Source: Alphaproteobacteria bacterium
GTDB taxonomy: Bacteria > Pseudomonadota > Alphaproteobacteria > UBA7887
Length of the DNA stretch: 64,000 nucleotides
Direction of reading: 5' to 3'
Assembly (NCBI GenBank): GCA_965216755.1
Contig: CBDCGL010000011.1
Span: 4,576,001 to 4,640,000, forward strand
The translations under genes and the position numbers were made by a program. The notes under the pieces were generated by a model, which saw only the letters and a program-made list of their open reading frames with translations, was not told the DNA's origin and made no database searches. Positions 19,497-29,711 of this stretch are shown piece by piece; position 1 is the stretch's first letter, and every line of letters starts with the position of its first letter.

Positions 19497-20120
19497 ATGG
19501 AATCGGACGTGGCACTAAAGCCGGTAATCACCTTGTCGGAGCAAGGATTGCGGCAGGCCTCGAGCCAACTTATCGCCCAAATGGAAATCGCTGGCTTTTG
19601 CCCCGAGGCGATCGTTGGCATCGCCACCGGTGGTGTTCGGGTCGTGGCGGCGATACCGGGTGTCGAGCGTTTCGATGTGGTGAGCTGTCGGCTGTCGCGT
19701 CCGGAAACCGAGTGGAAGAAAAGGCTGCGACTCAGTTTTGTGCTTCGCTTCCTGCCGTATCGCGTGACTGACCTGATGCGCGTTGTTGAGGATCGTTTGA
19801 CCTATCGCCGACGACGCGCATTCCTGGCCGCGACTTCGCAAGTTGATCTGGCACTGGAGAAAGAATTCGACCGCATTGCCACAGAAGTTGCCCGGTCGAG
19901 CCGGCGGCGGGTGGCAATAATTGATGACGCCGTTGACAGCGGGGTGACTCTTGCCCTGGTCTACCACGGACTTCGCAATAGGCTTGGTCCCAACGTGGAC
20001 CTGCGCACCGCGGTCATAACCAAGACGCGATCGCAAACAGCCCTTGAACCAGATTTCCAACTCTATGACATGACTCTGTGCCGCTTTCCATGGTCATTCG
20101 ACTACAAAGCTTCCGCATGA
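19497..20120 (+). CDS. Type I phosphoribosyltransferase family protein
   Basis: IVGIATGG and PRPP-binding motif VAIIDDAVDSGVTL; C-terminal FPWS. Confidence 0.82.
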   Translation: MESDVALKPVITLSEQGLRQASSQLIAQMEIAGFCPEAIVGIATGGVRVVAAIPGVERFDVVSCRLSRPETEWKKRLRLSFVLRFLPYRVTDLMRVVEDRLTYRRRRAFLAATSQVDLALEKEFDRIATEVARSSRRRVAIIDDAVDSGVTLALVYHGLRNRLGPNVDLRTAVITKTRSQTALEPDFQLYDMTLCRFPWSFDYKASA

Positions 20121-21046
20121 CCAGCACAGGTTCTAGAGCCGTCCTTTTCGTCGACTTGGACGGAACTTTGGTGTTGGACAACTCTTTTCATTTGTTTCTT
20201 CGGGCGATTGCCGAGCTTGGTACGGTACGCTTGCGGCTTGTGCTTTTTTGCGCGCTGGGGCTTCGACTGGTCGGGCGGTTTTCCGGAGGCCACGAAGGGC
20301 TTAAGCGGCGCGTGCTTGTCGCATTTTCGATTGCCCCAGAGTCTTGCCGATCGGCAATCATCGACCGGACTCTCGACCTGCTGGAACATGTGCGGTCCCG
20401 CCCGATTATGTCGCGCATCGTCGCATGGCAGGCCGCTGGGGGGCGTGTGGTGCTTGCGACGGCGGCACCTGATTGGTACGCCGTGCCTTTTGCTCGAATC
20501 GTGGGAATTGGCGACTGCATCGCGACGGCAGGCGTGCCGGCGCGGGGTTGGCACGAGTTGCTGGCGGCGGCCAAAGCGGCGGCTTGCTCAGACTGGCTCG
20601 TGCACAATGGCTTTGGCCCCGGGACTCGGGTCGGCGTATTGACGGACCATACCGATGATCTCGACCTGTTGCGGATTTCGGGCGAAGCGACTGTCCAAGC
20701 AAATCCGGCGTGCTTCGCGCGAATCACCCAGGCGCTTGCAGGCAAGGGGCCGCGGCTCGAGCATATCGATCCGGTTTCGTCGCAGGAAGGCGGCGGCAGC
20801 TGGCTTTGGTTTGATGATAGGCCGGTCGGACCTCTCGATCCCTGGGAAGTACGAACGATCCTAACGAAACACCGCTATGCACTCATCTATGGTCGCGAAG
20901 GCCGCTGGCGCCGCATCCGTCGCGGTCGAGACATCGGCATAGGCGTTCCGCGTGTCGATTGTCCCATTGTGCCCGATACACATACACGCCTTTTGATCAG
21001 CGCGAAGCGTCGTATCGTAAGGGACTGGATCGGCCTCTTTCATTGA
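20117..21046 (+). CDS. HAD-superfamily (IB-like) hydrolase with C-terminal extension
   Basis: LFVDLDGTL motif I, VLATAA motif II, TDHTDDL motif IV; ATGA overlap. Confidence 0.8.
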   Translation: MTSTGSRAVLFVDLDGTLVLDNSFHLFLRAIAELGTVRLRLVLFCALGLRLVGRFSGGHEGLKRRVLVAFSIAPESCRSAIIDRTLDLLEHVRSRPIMSRIVAWQAAGGRVVLATAAPDWYAVPFARIVGIGDCIATAGVPARGWHELLAAAKAAACSDWLVHNGFGPGTRVGVLTDHTDDLDLLRISGEATVQANPACFARITQALAGKGPRLEHIDPVSSQEGGGSWLWFDDRPVGPLDPWEVRTILTKHRYALIYGREGRWRRIRRGRDIGIGVPRVDCPIVPDTHTRLLISAKRRIVRDWIGLFH

Positions 21047-21092
21047 GGCGCGCATCGAAAGGAACGATCCTAACAATTGCCGATGTTGAACA

Positions 21093-22073
21093 ATGACCGA
21101 ATTCGTAGTGATCGCCGATTACCGAACAGATCCAGCTGAGGGCATGCAAGCGATCTCCAAGGCTCTGGTTGACGGTTTGCGATGCGCGGCGCACAGCGTA
21201 GAGGTTGTGAAGCCGGCGTCGCTGCCCCGGCGGCTTCTGGGCCTAGTGCTGCGGCGTCCCAAGCGAGTCGTGTTTACTCACGGCCCTGGCAAGGGGGGCG
21301 TGATTGCGTCCGTGATCTTGCGGAATCTGACGGGGGCACGAATCATTTGGGTCGCGACCCGGCCAGAAGTTGATGGATTGCCGCGAATACTGCGCGGGTG
21401 GCAAAGCGCGCATGTGGTTGTTTGCAACCGCGTGCGCAAAGATCTGCAAGCTGTGGCCCCTGGAGCGGTATTTCGACGCCAATTCATCGGTATCGATCCG
21501 GGACGGCTACACTCTAGCGCCGGACAGGCGCCGGATTGGGCAAAATTGCGCGCAATCGGACGCCCCATCGCGCTTCATGTGGGGCACTTGCGTCGTAACC
21601 GGGGGCTCGACCTGCTGGTCGAAGCCAAAAAGCGGCTCGGGGACCGTATCGAAATTGTTGTGCAGGCAAGCCCGACCTTCGCTCCCAACGCAGGGCTGGT
21701 TGAAGAACTGAAGAATGCCGGTCTTCACGTCCATTGCGACTATGTACGTGACTTGGCTGGCCTCTACGCCGCGGCGGATCTCTACCTGTTCCCGGTGCGG
21801 CCTGACGAAGCGGGAGCTGTCGAGCTTCCTTTGTCAGCGATTGAGGCCGTCGCCTGTCGTCTTCCTGTGCTCTCTACCGCTTATGGGGCCCTGCCCGATG
21901 CGCTCGCCGAAGTGGCTGGGGTGCGCTTCGCATCGCCTGACGCCTTTGCGGCTTCGCTAGAGGCGATGCTTGACGAGCCCGGCGCTCTGTCGGTCCGGCC
22001 ACTGGGGCTGCCAAAAGCGCTGCACGCTGACCGGATCACGAATGCAGTGATTCAGGCGGCGGAGCTGAATTGA
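21093..22073 (+). CDS. Glycosyltransferase family 4
   Basis: LHVGHLRRNRG, YAAADLYLFP, ELPLSAIEAVAC. Confidence 0.85.
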   Translation: MTEFVVIADYRTDPAEGMQAISKALVDGLRCAAHSVEVVKPASLPRRLLGLVLRRPKRVVFTHGPGKGGVIASVILRNLTGARIIWVATRPEVDGLPRILRGWQSAHVVVCNRVRKDLQAVAPGAVFRRQFIGIDPGRLHSSAGQAPDWAKLRAIGRPIALHVGHLRRNRGLDLLVEAKKRLGDRIEIVVQASPTFAPNAGLVEELKNAGLHVHCDYVRDLAGLYAAADLYLFPVRPDEAGAVELPLSAIEAVACRLPVLSTAYGALPDALAEVAGVRFASPDAFAASLEAMLDEPGALSVRPLGLPKALHADRITNAVIQAAELN

Positions 22074-23959
22074 TGCGACAGCTCATTTGCATTATCGGCA
22101 CCGATGGCAGCGGCAAGACCTCGTTGAGCGACGAAGCTGCGCGGCGCATGAACGACGGCGGCCAGAATGTCGCCCATGTCTGGCTGGGTGCCGAAAGTTA
22201 TTTGATGGCCCCGGCGCGAAAACTTCTGAAAGTCGTTTGGAAGCGACGCAGCAAGAAGCTGGCGACGTCCGGCGATACTTCGAAGGCACAAAAGACGGAC
22301 TACCAAGTCGAGCTTGAATCCAAGAACGCACTCGCACAGCGATATCGCTGGGGCATCCGATTCTATCTCATACTTGCGTCTGTCGACTACCAGTTGCAGT
22401 TGTGGCTGAAATTATTGTGCAACCGAAGTCGAGACACGATCATCGCAGATCGGTACGTGTTCGATGTTGCCGTCAACATTGGCTTAACTCTGGGTTGGTC
22501 GCCGGAACAAGTCATCCAGTTTGTGCAACGACAGCTTAGGCGTCTGCCGTTGCCGGGCGTAAGGCTTTTCTTGCGCGTGGAGCCTGAAGTCTCGGCGTCG
22601 CGCAAGGATGATATTCCGAGCATCGAGTATTTGCGCCTTCGCCTCGTATATTATGAAGCGCTAGCAAGGGCCTTTGGTTTTATCCAACGTGACGGTACGT
22701 TGCCGATCTCGCAGAATGCAGATTGGCTGATACAGCATGCTTCGGCTGAGTTGGCCCGACCACACGTCCACTATGTCCACGCCAACAACGAGGACGTTGG
22801 CGGCGCGGACAAAGTGCTTGCTCTAATGGCCAGGCATATGCGCGATCATGAACGTGAGGCGGGTGCCGGATATCGTGTTTCGGTCAGCCTTCGTTTGCCA
22901 ACGCCCATCTTGGAAACACATGCCTCGGCAGGGATCCCGGTGATTCTAGCGCCTTTTGTTCGCCCTCAATTCAGCGGCGGGGCGGGGGGACTCGTTGTAT
23001 TCGTGTTTCGAGCTCCCCTCACGCTGTGGTATTTTCTGCGCTTGTTCGGTCGTCAGCGTCCCGACATTGTTCATGTGAACGATTTGTATGATTTCCTGCC
23101 GGCGCTGGCGGCGCGAATGCGCAGCATTCCAGTCGTTTACCATATTCGGATGATACAGACGAAGCCAGCGGTCCAAAAAATAATGTCCGCGCTTGTCGGG
23201 CGTTTGTCGGCAGTCTCGGTCTCTGTGTCCGAGGCGGTGCGGACGCATTATTTCCCTGTTTCGGTGCCGGGGCGCTGCGACCAAGTGATTCACGATCTTG
23301 GTAACGCGATCCTCACAACTGACCAAGGCGATGTTACGCTATGCGGTCGGCGACCCGAAGGTATCCCCATCGGCGGAAGGCTTGTTGTGATGGTGGGGCG
23401 CATCGAGGAATGGAAAGGCCAGCACGTATTTGTCGAGGCTGTCCGCCAATTGCCGAATCATCTGCGCGCGCGGAATGTTTTCTGTCTGGTCGGTGGCGGG
23501 GTTCCTGGCAAGGACGCGTACTTGTCCCGTGTTACGGGGGAGGCACGTGCTCTTGGCATCCATTGCCTCGGCAGCCGTGACGACGTGCCTGCGATTCTGC
23601 GCGCGGCCGATATCTCGGTTCATGCGTCCACATCTCCAGACCCATTTCCGGGAGTGGTGATCGAAAGCATGCTCGCTGGGGCTGCAATCATCGCGGCGGA
23701 CGCGGGCGGTGTGCAGGAGATGATCGACCCCGGCCTGTTCGGCCTGTTGGTTGCACCTGGGGATGCAGTTGCGCTGTCTGCGGCGCTGTGTGATTCGCTG
23801 GAGGCCGTCGTTCCGCCGCGCATCGCCCACGCCGCGGTTGCCCGGCGTAAGGCACTTTCGTTGGTGGATTCTGTTGCGGTGGACAAGAAGATGGCGACCC
23901 TCTATCGGAGCCTCGTTCCCTCGCTTGCGACCACCGCGCCGACATTGGTCTGTCGCTAG
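22073..23959 (+). CDS. Fusion of thymidylate-kinase-like P-loop domain and GT4 glycosyltransferase
   Basis: N-terminal GTDGSGKTS Walker A and IIADRYVFD. C-terminal GGAD, VGRIEEWKGQ, PDPFPGVVIESM. Confidence 0.82.
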   Translation: MRQLICIIGTDGSGKTSLSDEAARRMNDGGQNVAHVWLGAESYLMAPARKLLKVVWKRRSKKLATSGDTSKAQKTDYQVELESKNALAQRYRWGIRFYLILASVDYQLQLWLKLLCNRSRDTIIADRYVFDVAVNIGLTLGWSPEQVIQFVQRQLRRLPLPGVRLFLRVEPEVSASRKDDIPSIEYLRLRLVYYEALARAFGFIQRDGTLPISQNADWLIQHASAELARPHVHYVHANNEDVGGADKVLALMARHMRDHEREAGAGYRVSVSLRLPTPILETHASAGIPVILAPFVRPQFSGGAGGLVVFVFRAPLTLWYFLRLFGRQRPDIVHVNDLYDFLPALAARMRSIPVVYHIRMIQTKPAVQKIMSALVGRLSAVSVSVSEAVRTHYFPVSVPGRCDQVIHDLGNAILTTDQGDVTLCGRRPEGIPIGGRLVVMVGRIEEWKGQHVFVEAVRQLPNHLRARNVFCLVGGGVPGKDAYLSRVTGEARALGIHCLGSRDDVPAILRAADISVHASTSPDPFPGVVIESMLAGAAIIAADAGGVQEMIDPGLFGLLVAPGDAVALSAALCDSLEAVVPPRIAHAAVARRKALSLVDSVAVDKKMATLYRSLVPSLATTAPTLVCR

Positions 23960-23979
23960 CCGAGGAGGCGAAGGCCACC

Positions 23980-25071
23980 ATGTTGTCTCAAGCGGAACAA
24001 TCCCGGGTCGTCTTCCAGACCATCGGGTGGCCGATCGGAACAGGCACTGCAACGCCTGCGACCGAGACTCTGGAACAGCTGACAGAGTTCGCCTTCAAGA
24101 ACCGCGTTGGACTTCTGTTTCTCGAAGAGTGCCTGCGCAAAGGCATTCGGCTAGGCCCCTCGGCGCAAGAACTGCATACGTCGCTCTCTCGTCGGCGCAA
24201 GGCTACGGACCGCGTGATTGCCAAGCTAACCCGAAAGCTCGACGAGATCGCCAAGGGTGAATGGGTAATATTCAAGTCAATCAAGCCCTTCGCTTCCACT
24301 CCGAACGATACCGACTGGTTTCCGTTGGAGCAGGGCCGACACAAGGCCTTATGTAATCATCTGCAACAAAACGGCGATTTCATTCTGATGGAAGTCGCCC
24401 CGCGGCAAATGACGTTGATCGAGGCCGGCGGTGCCAATGTAACCGATACGACCAAGAAGGGTGGTGTCTACTACGTTGATTGCTATGTCGCCCCTTCGAC
24501 CGACTACTTCGTTTACCTGGATCCACGCCGGCTGAAGCCCCATGTCGGTCAGACCGAAGTCGCGGGCCAGTTGGTTCCGATACTTGCGCCGCACGCGGAA
24601 TTAGCGGCGATAATGTTCCACAACATCTTTCCCGAAAAGAGTTTCTCGATCGAGAGCTACTACCTTATCAAGCGGTACCTGGACCTGATTGAGGCCGAGG
24701 GGACGCAAGACCAATTTGTCGCGGTTTCGCGAGACCAGAGAATGGAATACGCGGTCGCCTGCAACTTGGCGCTTGTCGCTGCTATCGATAGCGCGCAGTT
24801 CGGTTTTTTCGATCGCCGCGTTACAACCTTTTTGAAACTGTTTCGCCGGCCCGACTTCAAGGTGGCGCGGTTTGACCCGGAAGGCGCCTTTCCCCATGAG
24901 TTTTCGAACCAGGTCTTTTGGCGAACGTTCTTATCCAAGCAGCGCGACCGCACCTCTTTCATATCGACGCTCAATCAAGCCGCGCACATGCTCAATCCGT
25001 TCTTCTTTGCGGATGTGATGCGGGTCATCTATAAACGTTGCATTAAAGGCGGCGTCTATCGGCAGAACTAA
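23980..25071 (+). CDS. Uncharacterised nucleotidyltransferase family protein (Pol-beta superfamily)
   Basis: VIFKSIKPFASTPNDTDWF K...DxD motif and a later YYVD strand. Confidence 0.6.
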   Translation: MLSQAEQSRVVFQTIGWPIGTGTATPATETLEQLTEFAFKNRVGLLFLEECLRKGIRLGPSAQELHTSLSRRRKATDRVIAKLTRKLDEIAKGEWVIFKSIKPFASTPNDTDWFPLEQGRHKALCNHLQQNGDFILMEVAPRQMTLIEAGGANVTDTTKKGGVYYVDCYVAPSTDYFVYLDPRRLKPHVGQTEVAGQLVPILAPHAELAAIMFHNIFPEKSFSIESYYLIKRYLDLIEAEGTQDQFVAVSRDQRMEYAVACNLALVAAIDSAQFGFFDRRVTTFLKLFRRPDFKVARFDPEGAFPHEFSNQVFWRTFLSKQRDRTSFISTLNQAAHMLNPFFFADVMRVIYKRCIKGGVYRQN

Positions 25072-25078
25072 GGCAGAT

Positions 25079-25987
25079 TTGATAGCAACTGTAGATCAGC
25101 AGATTGGCCAACCGCGCGCCAATGCGCGGTTTGGCATTGTGATCCCCGTGCGGATGATGGCCGACACGCTGCGGGCAGCCATCGATTCAGTCCTCGAACA
25201 AGAGATTGAGGGCAGGCGCGTGAACACTGGAAGCCGCCGCGACGTGGATCTGATTGTTGTTGTCGATGATATCGATTCCAAGACCAGATCTGTTTTAACG
25301 TCCTACGGCGATTGTCTCCGTTGGTGCCTTGGCGACGCTAGGGGCCAGGCAGCGGCGGTGAACAAGGGGTTGACTCAGTTGGATGCTGAGATCGTCAAAT
25401 GGTTGAATGCAGATGATATTCTCTTGCCGGGCGCGCTTGAGGCCATGGACCGGACCTTTGGCCGCAATCGTGATATCGATTTTGTTTATGGGGACATTGT
25501 ATTTTTGGACAGCGAAGGTCACCGTCGCGGCGAGCATCGCGAGCCTGCCTACTCGTATTTTATATTGGTTTACGGGCACAACCTCTTCGCCGATCCCGCC
25601 TGTTTCTGGCGAAAAACGTTGCATGATCGAATCGGCATGATATCTGAGGAGACTCGGTATTCGCTCGACTACGAGTTTTGGGTCCGTATCGCGCGCGCTG
25701 GACGGCGTGTCGCGCAAGTTCGCAAGGAAATAGCGGCTTATGCGGTCACCGGGATTAATATGACCGTGGTGAACCATAAGGCGATGCGCAACGAACACTA
25801 CGACGTCTTGGCCAGGCACTCAGTTTTTTGGGGGCGTATGCCACGCGGATTGCGCAACCAAATGTTGGCAGGGTTGTTGATTCTCGCGCGGGCCTGGAAA
25901 AAACTGCGCACGACATTCGAGCGCGGTTCTTTGGAGTTCGGGACATTCAACCGCCTCATTTCAAGCGCGCGGAATGCTTCAGAATAG
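25079..25987 (+). CDS. Glycosyltransferase family 2
   Basis: IVIPV, GQAAAVNKG, WLNADD, YSLDYEFW. Confidence 0.88.
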   Translation: MIATVDQQIGQPRANARFGIVIPVRMMADTLRAAIDSVLEQEIEGRRVNTGSRRDVDLIVVVDDIDSKTRSVLTSYGDCLRWCLGDARGQAAAVNKGLTQLDAEIVKWLNADDILLPGALEAMDRTFGRNRDIDFVYGDIVFLDSEGHRRGEHREPAYSYFILVYGHNLFADPACFWRKTLHDRIGMISEETRYSLDYEFWVRIARAGRRVAQVRKEIAAYAVTGINMTVVNHKAMRNEHYDVLARHSVFWGRMPRGLRNQMLAGLLILARAWKKLRTTFERGSLEFGTFNRLISSARNASE

Positions 25988-27518
25988 GGACTCTCCGCCT
26001 CGCAATCACTTCGCTCTGTCGGCCAGGAATGTCACGCTCTCCCACGTCGCCTGGGGACTCACGGTTGCCTTTTCGGGGCGGATCGCGGCCGGCGTTGGCC
26101 CTTGGTTGCCAGTGCTGACTTGGGAACTTATTGTCCTCTTCCTCGTCCCCCTTTTCCTACCGTTACGATATCGTCTGGCCACGCTCATTTCCGTTATAGT
26201 ATTTCTTGACCAATCCCTCTGGTTTTTGCATGGGCGGATCGAGGTTGATACGATATACGAACATGCCGCGACCCTCGTTAAGCCACCTGAGATCGTGCTG
26301 TTCGCGTTATGTCTGAGGCTGGTGTCGGCCAATTGGCGGCAGAGCGGATTTCCGGCGATTATGCTGTGTATTTACGCCCTGTGGCTCTTCGTGATCCTCA
26401 TCAGTGTTGGGGTGGCACTACACCACGGAAACGGGTTTGGGGACATACTCGTCTTTTCAGAGTTTCGTGTCCTTGTTTCGTCGTTCCTGGCAGTCTTGAT
26501 CCTTTTTCAAACAGCAAGGCGTAACCTCGCGTTTGTCGTCGACTGTTTCGCAATTCTCTTAGCAATTCAATTGTTTATCAGTTTGGTTTCCTGGTCGTTG
26601 GGTCTGTCTTTGCTTTGGCAAAGTTATGCACCCAACTACGTAGGTAACTGGGCGGCTTTTTTTGGCGCCGACGAATCAGTCATGGTCGCACTTGTTGGCT
26701 TTGTTCTCGCCATTTCGCTTATGCTCGCGCCGGATGGTAGGCCGGAGTTGACGCGGCTTCCCCGTTGGTTTTGGGGGATTCTGCTTTCTATTACATTATT
26801 TGCAATTTTGGCTTCCGCGCGTCGCGGCGGTATAGCGTCGGTTACCATCGTGATCAGCTCGGTCGCGATTTTCGCATCGCTCCATACTAAATACCGCCTG
26901 GTTCTTAGTGGGGCATTCCTTGCAGCAATCTTGGCAGGGCTCGTCGTTTTTGACCCCTTCAGTTCCGTCGCCGATAACGTCATGTCTCGATTGACTGGCA
27001 AGGGCAATGTCGTTCAATCGGATACGGGGAGAGCGCTCGATAAATTGCAGGCTCGCGAATATGTGGACGATCACTTTGTGTTCGGTACGGGTCCTGGGAC
27101 AAAACTGCCGTTGCTGCGCACCCAGGCTTATGGTGTTGTGGAATCCCTTTCCATTCATCACAGCCTTCTTCACGTTTGGGTACGCTTCGGGTTGGCGGGA
27201 ATCGTACTCTACTGTGCGCTGTACGCTGTTCCAGCGACCTTTGCTTTGCGTTTGGCGACCCGACCCAGTCGGGTCGCTTCTGCGGCGTGGCACCTGCTGA
27301 TATCGGCATCCCTTGGGTATATTTTGGCTCAGTTCCTGTGGGGCCTTTACACGCCAGCCATCTATATCAATTTCCGACAGATGTCTTCCCTGATACTGGT
27401 GACCAGTTTCATTTTGGTTGCGCGTAACGCCTTTGATCGGCCGGTACGATCGGGTGCCGGCGCGATTGCTGTGCCGAGGACGTCCGTGCGCCGGACGCGC
27501 CGCGAGACATTCGAATGA
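25974..27518 (+). CDS. O-antigen ligase / Wzy polymerase family membrane protein
   Basis: Many TM helices; SARRGG, FGTGPG, HHSLLHVWVRFGLAG. Confidence 0.78.
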   Translation: MLQNRDSPPRNHFALSARNVTLSHVAWGLTVAFSGRIAAGVGPWLPVLTWELIVLFLVPLFLPLRYRLATLISVIVFLDQSLWFLHGRIEVDTIYEHAATLVKPPEIVLFALCLRLVSANWRQSGFPAIMLCIYALWLFVILISVGVALHHGNGFGDILVFSEFRVLVSSFLAVLILFQTARRNLAFVVDCFAILLAIQLFISLVSWSLGLSLLWQSYAPNYVGNWAAFFGADESVMVALVGFVLAISLMLAPDGRPELTRLPRWFWGILLSITLFAILASARRGGIASVTIVISSVAIFASLHTKYRLVLSGAFLAAILAGLVVFDPFSSVADNVMSRLTGKGNVVQSDTGRALDKLQAREYVDDHFVFGTGPGTKLPLLRTQAYGVVESLSIHHSLLHVWVRFGLAGIVLYCALYAVPATFALRLATRPSRVASAAWHLLISASLGYILAQFLWGLYTPAIYINFRQMSSLILVTSFILVARNAFDRPVRSGAGAIAVPRTSVRRTRRETFE

Positions 27519-28909
27519 TAAGAATAGCCGGGAAATTGGGTTTGACCCGAGAGTCACGACGAAACCTCTTTTCCAGCGACACAGCACTTGGTGAGATCGT
27601 CGTCGGATCGGGTCTGACATTGCTATCGCGCACAATGTTTGCGGTTATCAGTCTCATTGTTATCACTATAACAAGCCGCTTTTTTGGTCCAATCGCAGTT
27701 GGGCAGGTTGCGACCATAACAACGCTCGTAACCATGGGCGCGATTGTCGCCAGCCTCGGTACGACGAGTTCTGTGAATTACTATATGGCAAGTCAACTTG
27801 CCCGAGTTTCGACCCGCTCAGCCCGTTTAACTTATTGGCGGATTATGGGAACTTGCGCATTGGGGAGCACGTTCGCGGTATTTTCCATTCTTCTCCTCTT
27901 AGAGACCTTGAGTGACACGCTATTCGGCGGCACCGTTCAGAGCTCCCTTCTGGTGGCGGCCGCCCTCGGCATTTTTTTTAAAGTGACATTGGACATATCG
28001 ACACTGGTCGCAAGGACGCTCAATGCGATGATCGCCTTTGCGGCGTTTCAGGCCCTTCCGGCTTTCGTGAATTTGACCCTGGTCGTGTTCCTAATCCATT
28101 CAACCGCGACCGTCTCCGGCCCGGCCTTCGCATGGATCGTGTCGATAGGTCTTGTCGGTGTGGCCGGTCTTGTCTTTGTTCATATGCGGTTTCACCGGGC
28201 CACGGATGCAAGAACCGAAATTGAAATTCCGGACTACTTTGAGATCTTCAAGCGCTCATTTCCTATGTTGATCTCGACGATGGGGGCCTTCACGATTTCG
28301 GGCTCCGGAATTATCCTCATGGCCGGGTTTGCTGATCAAGCGGCAGTGGGTGTGTTTTCGGTGGCTCTCAAGCTGGCGACCACAGCGTCTTTCGTTTTGA
28401 TTTCAATTAATTCTATTACGACACCAATTTTTGCGCGTCTACATAGTATTGGCCAAATTCCGGAAATGATTTCCGTTGCGCGCAAGACGTCTATGTTGAT
28501 GTTTTGGGCGATTGCACCGATTGTTTTTGTCTTGTTCATTTTCGGCCGGCCCATGCTGGAAATTGTGTTCGGGCATGACTTTGTGGCCGCCTATCCAATC
28601 TTGCTAATCTTGCTATTGGGCCAATTAGTAAACGCTATGACCGGGCCAACAGATTTTCTGATGAACATGGCCGGGCATGAAAAAGCCCTTAGGAATATTA
28701 TACTGCCTTCCGCAGTTCTCAACGTGGTACTTGGCCTTTTCATGATCCCGCAATTCAACATGTTTGGCGCGGCGTTTGCGTATACTATATCGATGATTGT
28801 TTGGTATTTTGTATCAACTGCGTATTTAAAAAGAATTTATGGTGTATGGATTGGATATGTGCCGATTGTTCCTGTGGTTCTTGGTTACTTGCGAAAAAGT
28901 AACTGTTGA
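27515..28909 (+). CDS. Wzx-type polysaccharide flippase
   Basis: About 12-14 TM helices; VGVFSVALK, GQLVNAMTGP...LMNMAGHEK, LIPQF.MFGAA pattern. Confidence 0.88.
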   Translation: MIRIAGKLGLTRESRRNLFSSDTALGEIVVGSGLTLLSRTMFAVISLIVITITSRFFGPIAVGQVATITTLVTMGAIVASLGTTSSVNYYMASQLARVSTRSARLTYWRIMGTCALGSTFAVFSILLLLETLSDTLFGGTVQSSLLVAAALGIFFKVTLDISTLVARTLNAMIAFAAFQALPAFVNLTLVVFLIHSTATVSGPAFAWIVSIGLVGVAGLVFVHMRFHRATDARTEIEIPDYFEIFKRSFPMLISTMGAFTISGSGIILMAGFADQAAVGVFSVALKLATTASFVLISINSITTPIFARLHSIGQIPEMISVARKTSMLMFWAIAPIVFVLFIFGRPMLEIVFGHDFVAAYPILLILLLGQLVNAMTGPTDFLMNMAGHEKALRNIILPSAVLNVVLGLFMIPQFNMFGAAFAYTISMIVWYFVSTAYLKRIYGVWIGYVPIVPVVLGYLRKSNC

Positions 28910-29138
28910 CTGGACCTGAACACAGTCCTTGCGTTGTGAACAATCGCAACGCCAAGCTGCAAACAGAATCGGCTCTGTATTATCGGATACGGCTCTAGCC
29001 GTCTCAGGTAACAGGGCTCAGCTGTGCGCGGGAATGCTTGGCCGTGTTGCCGAAGATCTGACCGCCGCAAGCGGGGTTTCTGTGGGTCCCGCGCGCTCCG
29101 CGACATTAAGCGGCTTATTTCACATGTTTGGCGCAAAT

Positions 29139-29247
29139 CTGAGAGCAGTCAGTGCTCACATGCGTTCGTACGATATTCTCGAGCCGTTTGATTTTGATCA
29201 ACCCAACTTCGTTTGAACAGAGTCGTTTGAACGAAGTTAGGTTGATC
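29139..29247. repeat. Second copy of the GANTC-loop hairpin repeat
   Basis: GATCAACCCAACTTCGTT...GAGTC...AACGAAGTTAGGTTGATC hairpin; shares TCGTTTGAACGAAG and the left flank GGCGCAxAT-CTxxGAGCA with the 2602 copy. Confidence 0.6.
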
Positions 29248-29711
29248 GGCATCTGACGAAGCAATAGGACGATAGTATAAAGGCGACCTATCATAGTCGC
29301 ACTAATCACGTGTAGCATATTGGATTTGAGGCGAGGCTGACACACAAAACTCGCGATGTCGTCTGCGGCAGGTTTTGGGGACACCTGCTGGAGGCAATCA
29401 AAGAAACTTCAATATGCAACGCGATTCTGTGTTGACCGCAATTAGAAACGTTCAAGGGTACCTTGTAAGATGGGCAAATGAGGAGAGCTTTTTGCGTTGA
29501 GCCAGACAATGCAATAGGCTGTCTAGCATGGGGACGTTGCGCGACCGTTTTGGGCGGACATGTGCATGGCATTGAAGGGCGGCGTCATGCTGCGTTGGGT
29601 TCGTTTGTGCCGCTCCGCTTGGCGGATGCGCGAGGCGTTGGTCTTTTGTTTTGGGGCCGGTATTTACGTGGCAGTGACCGCGCAGCGTCGTTCATTTTAG
29701 GCAGAGCCGGT

